From assembly GCF_009914755.1 (NCBI RefSeq), contig NC_060926.1: a stretch of 64,000 bases of DNA. The stretch is one strand, 5' to 3'. Below, piece by piece: positions 63,801 to 64,000 of this stretch. The number at the start of each line of letters is the position of its first letter. Position 1 is the stretch's first letter. The translations under genes and the position numbers were made by a program. The notes under the pieces are model-generated. The model had not been told where the DNA came from. It worked only from the letters and a program-made list of their open reading frames with translations, and did not search any database. This DNA comes from the human T2T-CHM13v2.0 reference genome, Homo sapiens.

Positions 63801-64000
63801 TGATAATCTTTGCTTCAAACAATAGAACTAGCTTTTAAAATCATGTTGAAACACATGCCGCTCTAAGCAGTGATTTCAATAAGGACTAAAACATAAGGCA
63901 CATGAGTTTAAAATTTGAAAGACAGTTAACAAATTAAGCAATCTTTCACTTTTGATTATAAAAATAGCATTCTAAAAATAGTATGAACACATGTAGTCAG

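Overview
This is human-like primate genomic DNA, AT-rich and Alu-dense, lying entirely inside PSME4 (proteasome activator PA200, the Blm10 orthologue) on the minus strand. I traced 38 consecutive coding exons by hand from 58163 down to 3856, totalling 4,315 coding nt. They splice in frame into about 1,438 codons of the PA200 HEAT/ARM-like solenoid. Numbering as exons 4-41 (about residues 167-1605) comes from my memory of the reference gene model. The start codon and the C-terminal YYA motif lie outside the window. All introns are GT-AG except intron 18, which is GC-AG. The introns hold about 43 Alu copies, old L1/L2/MIR fragments, several DNA-transposon MITEs and simple repeats. Most ORFs in the supplied track are Alu-derived or chance ORFs. 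I found no evidence for a new multi-gene system. The best leads are: (1) two candidate frameshifting or stop-containing cassette exons in the 9-kb intron 20; (2) the GC-AG intron; (3) a young AluYa5-like element inserted into the target-site duplication (TSD) of an older AluY; (4) an L1 3' end inserted into a MER82 terminal repeat; (5) several closely spaced inverted Alu pairs. Repeat coordinates are approximate and subfamily names are from recalled consensus sequences.
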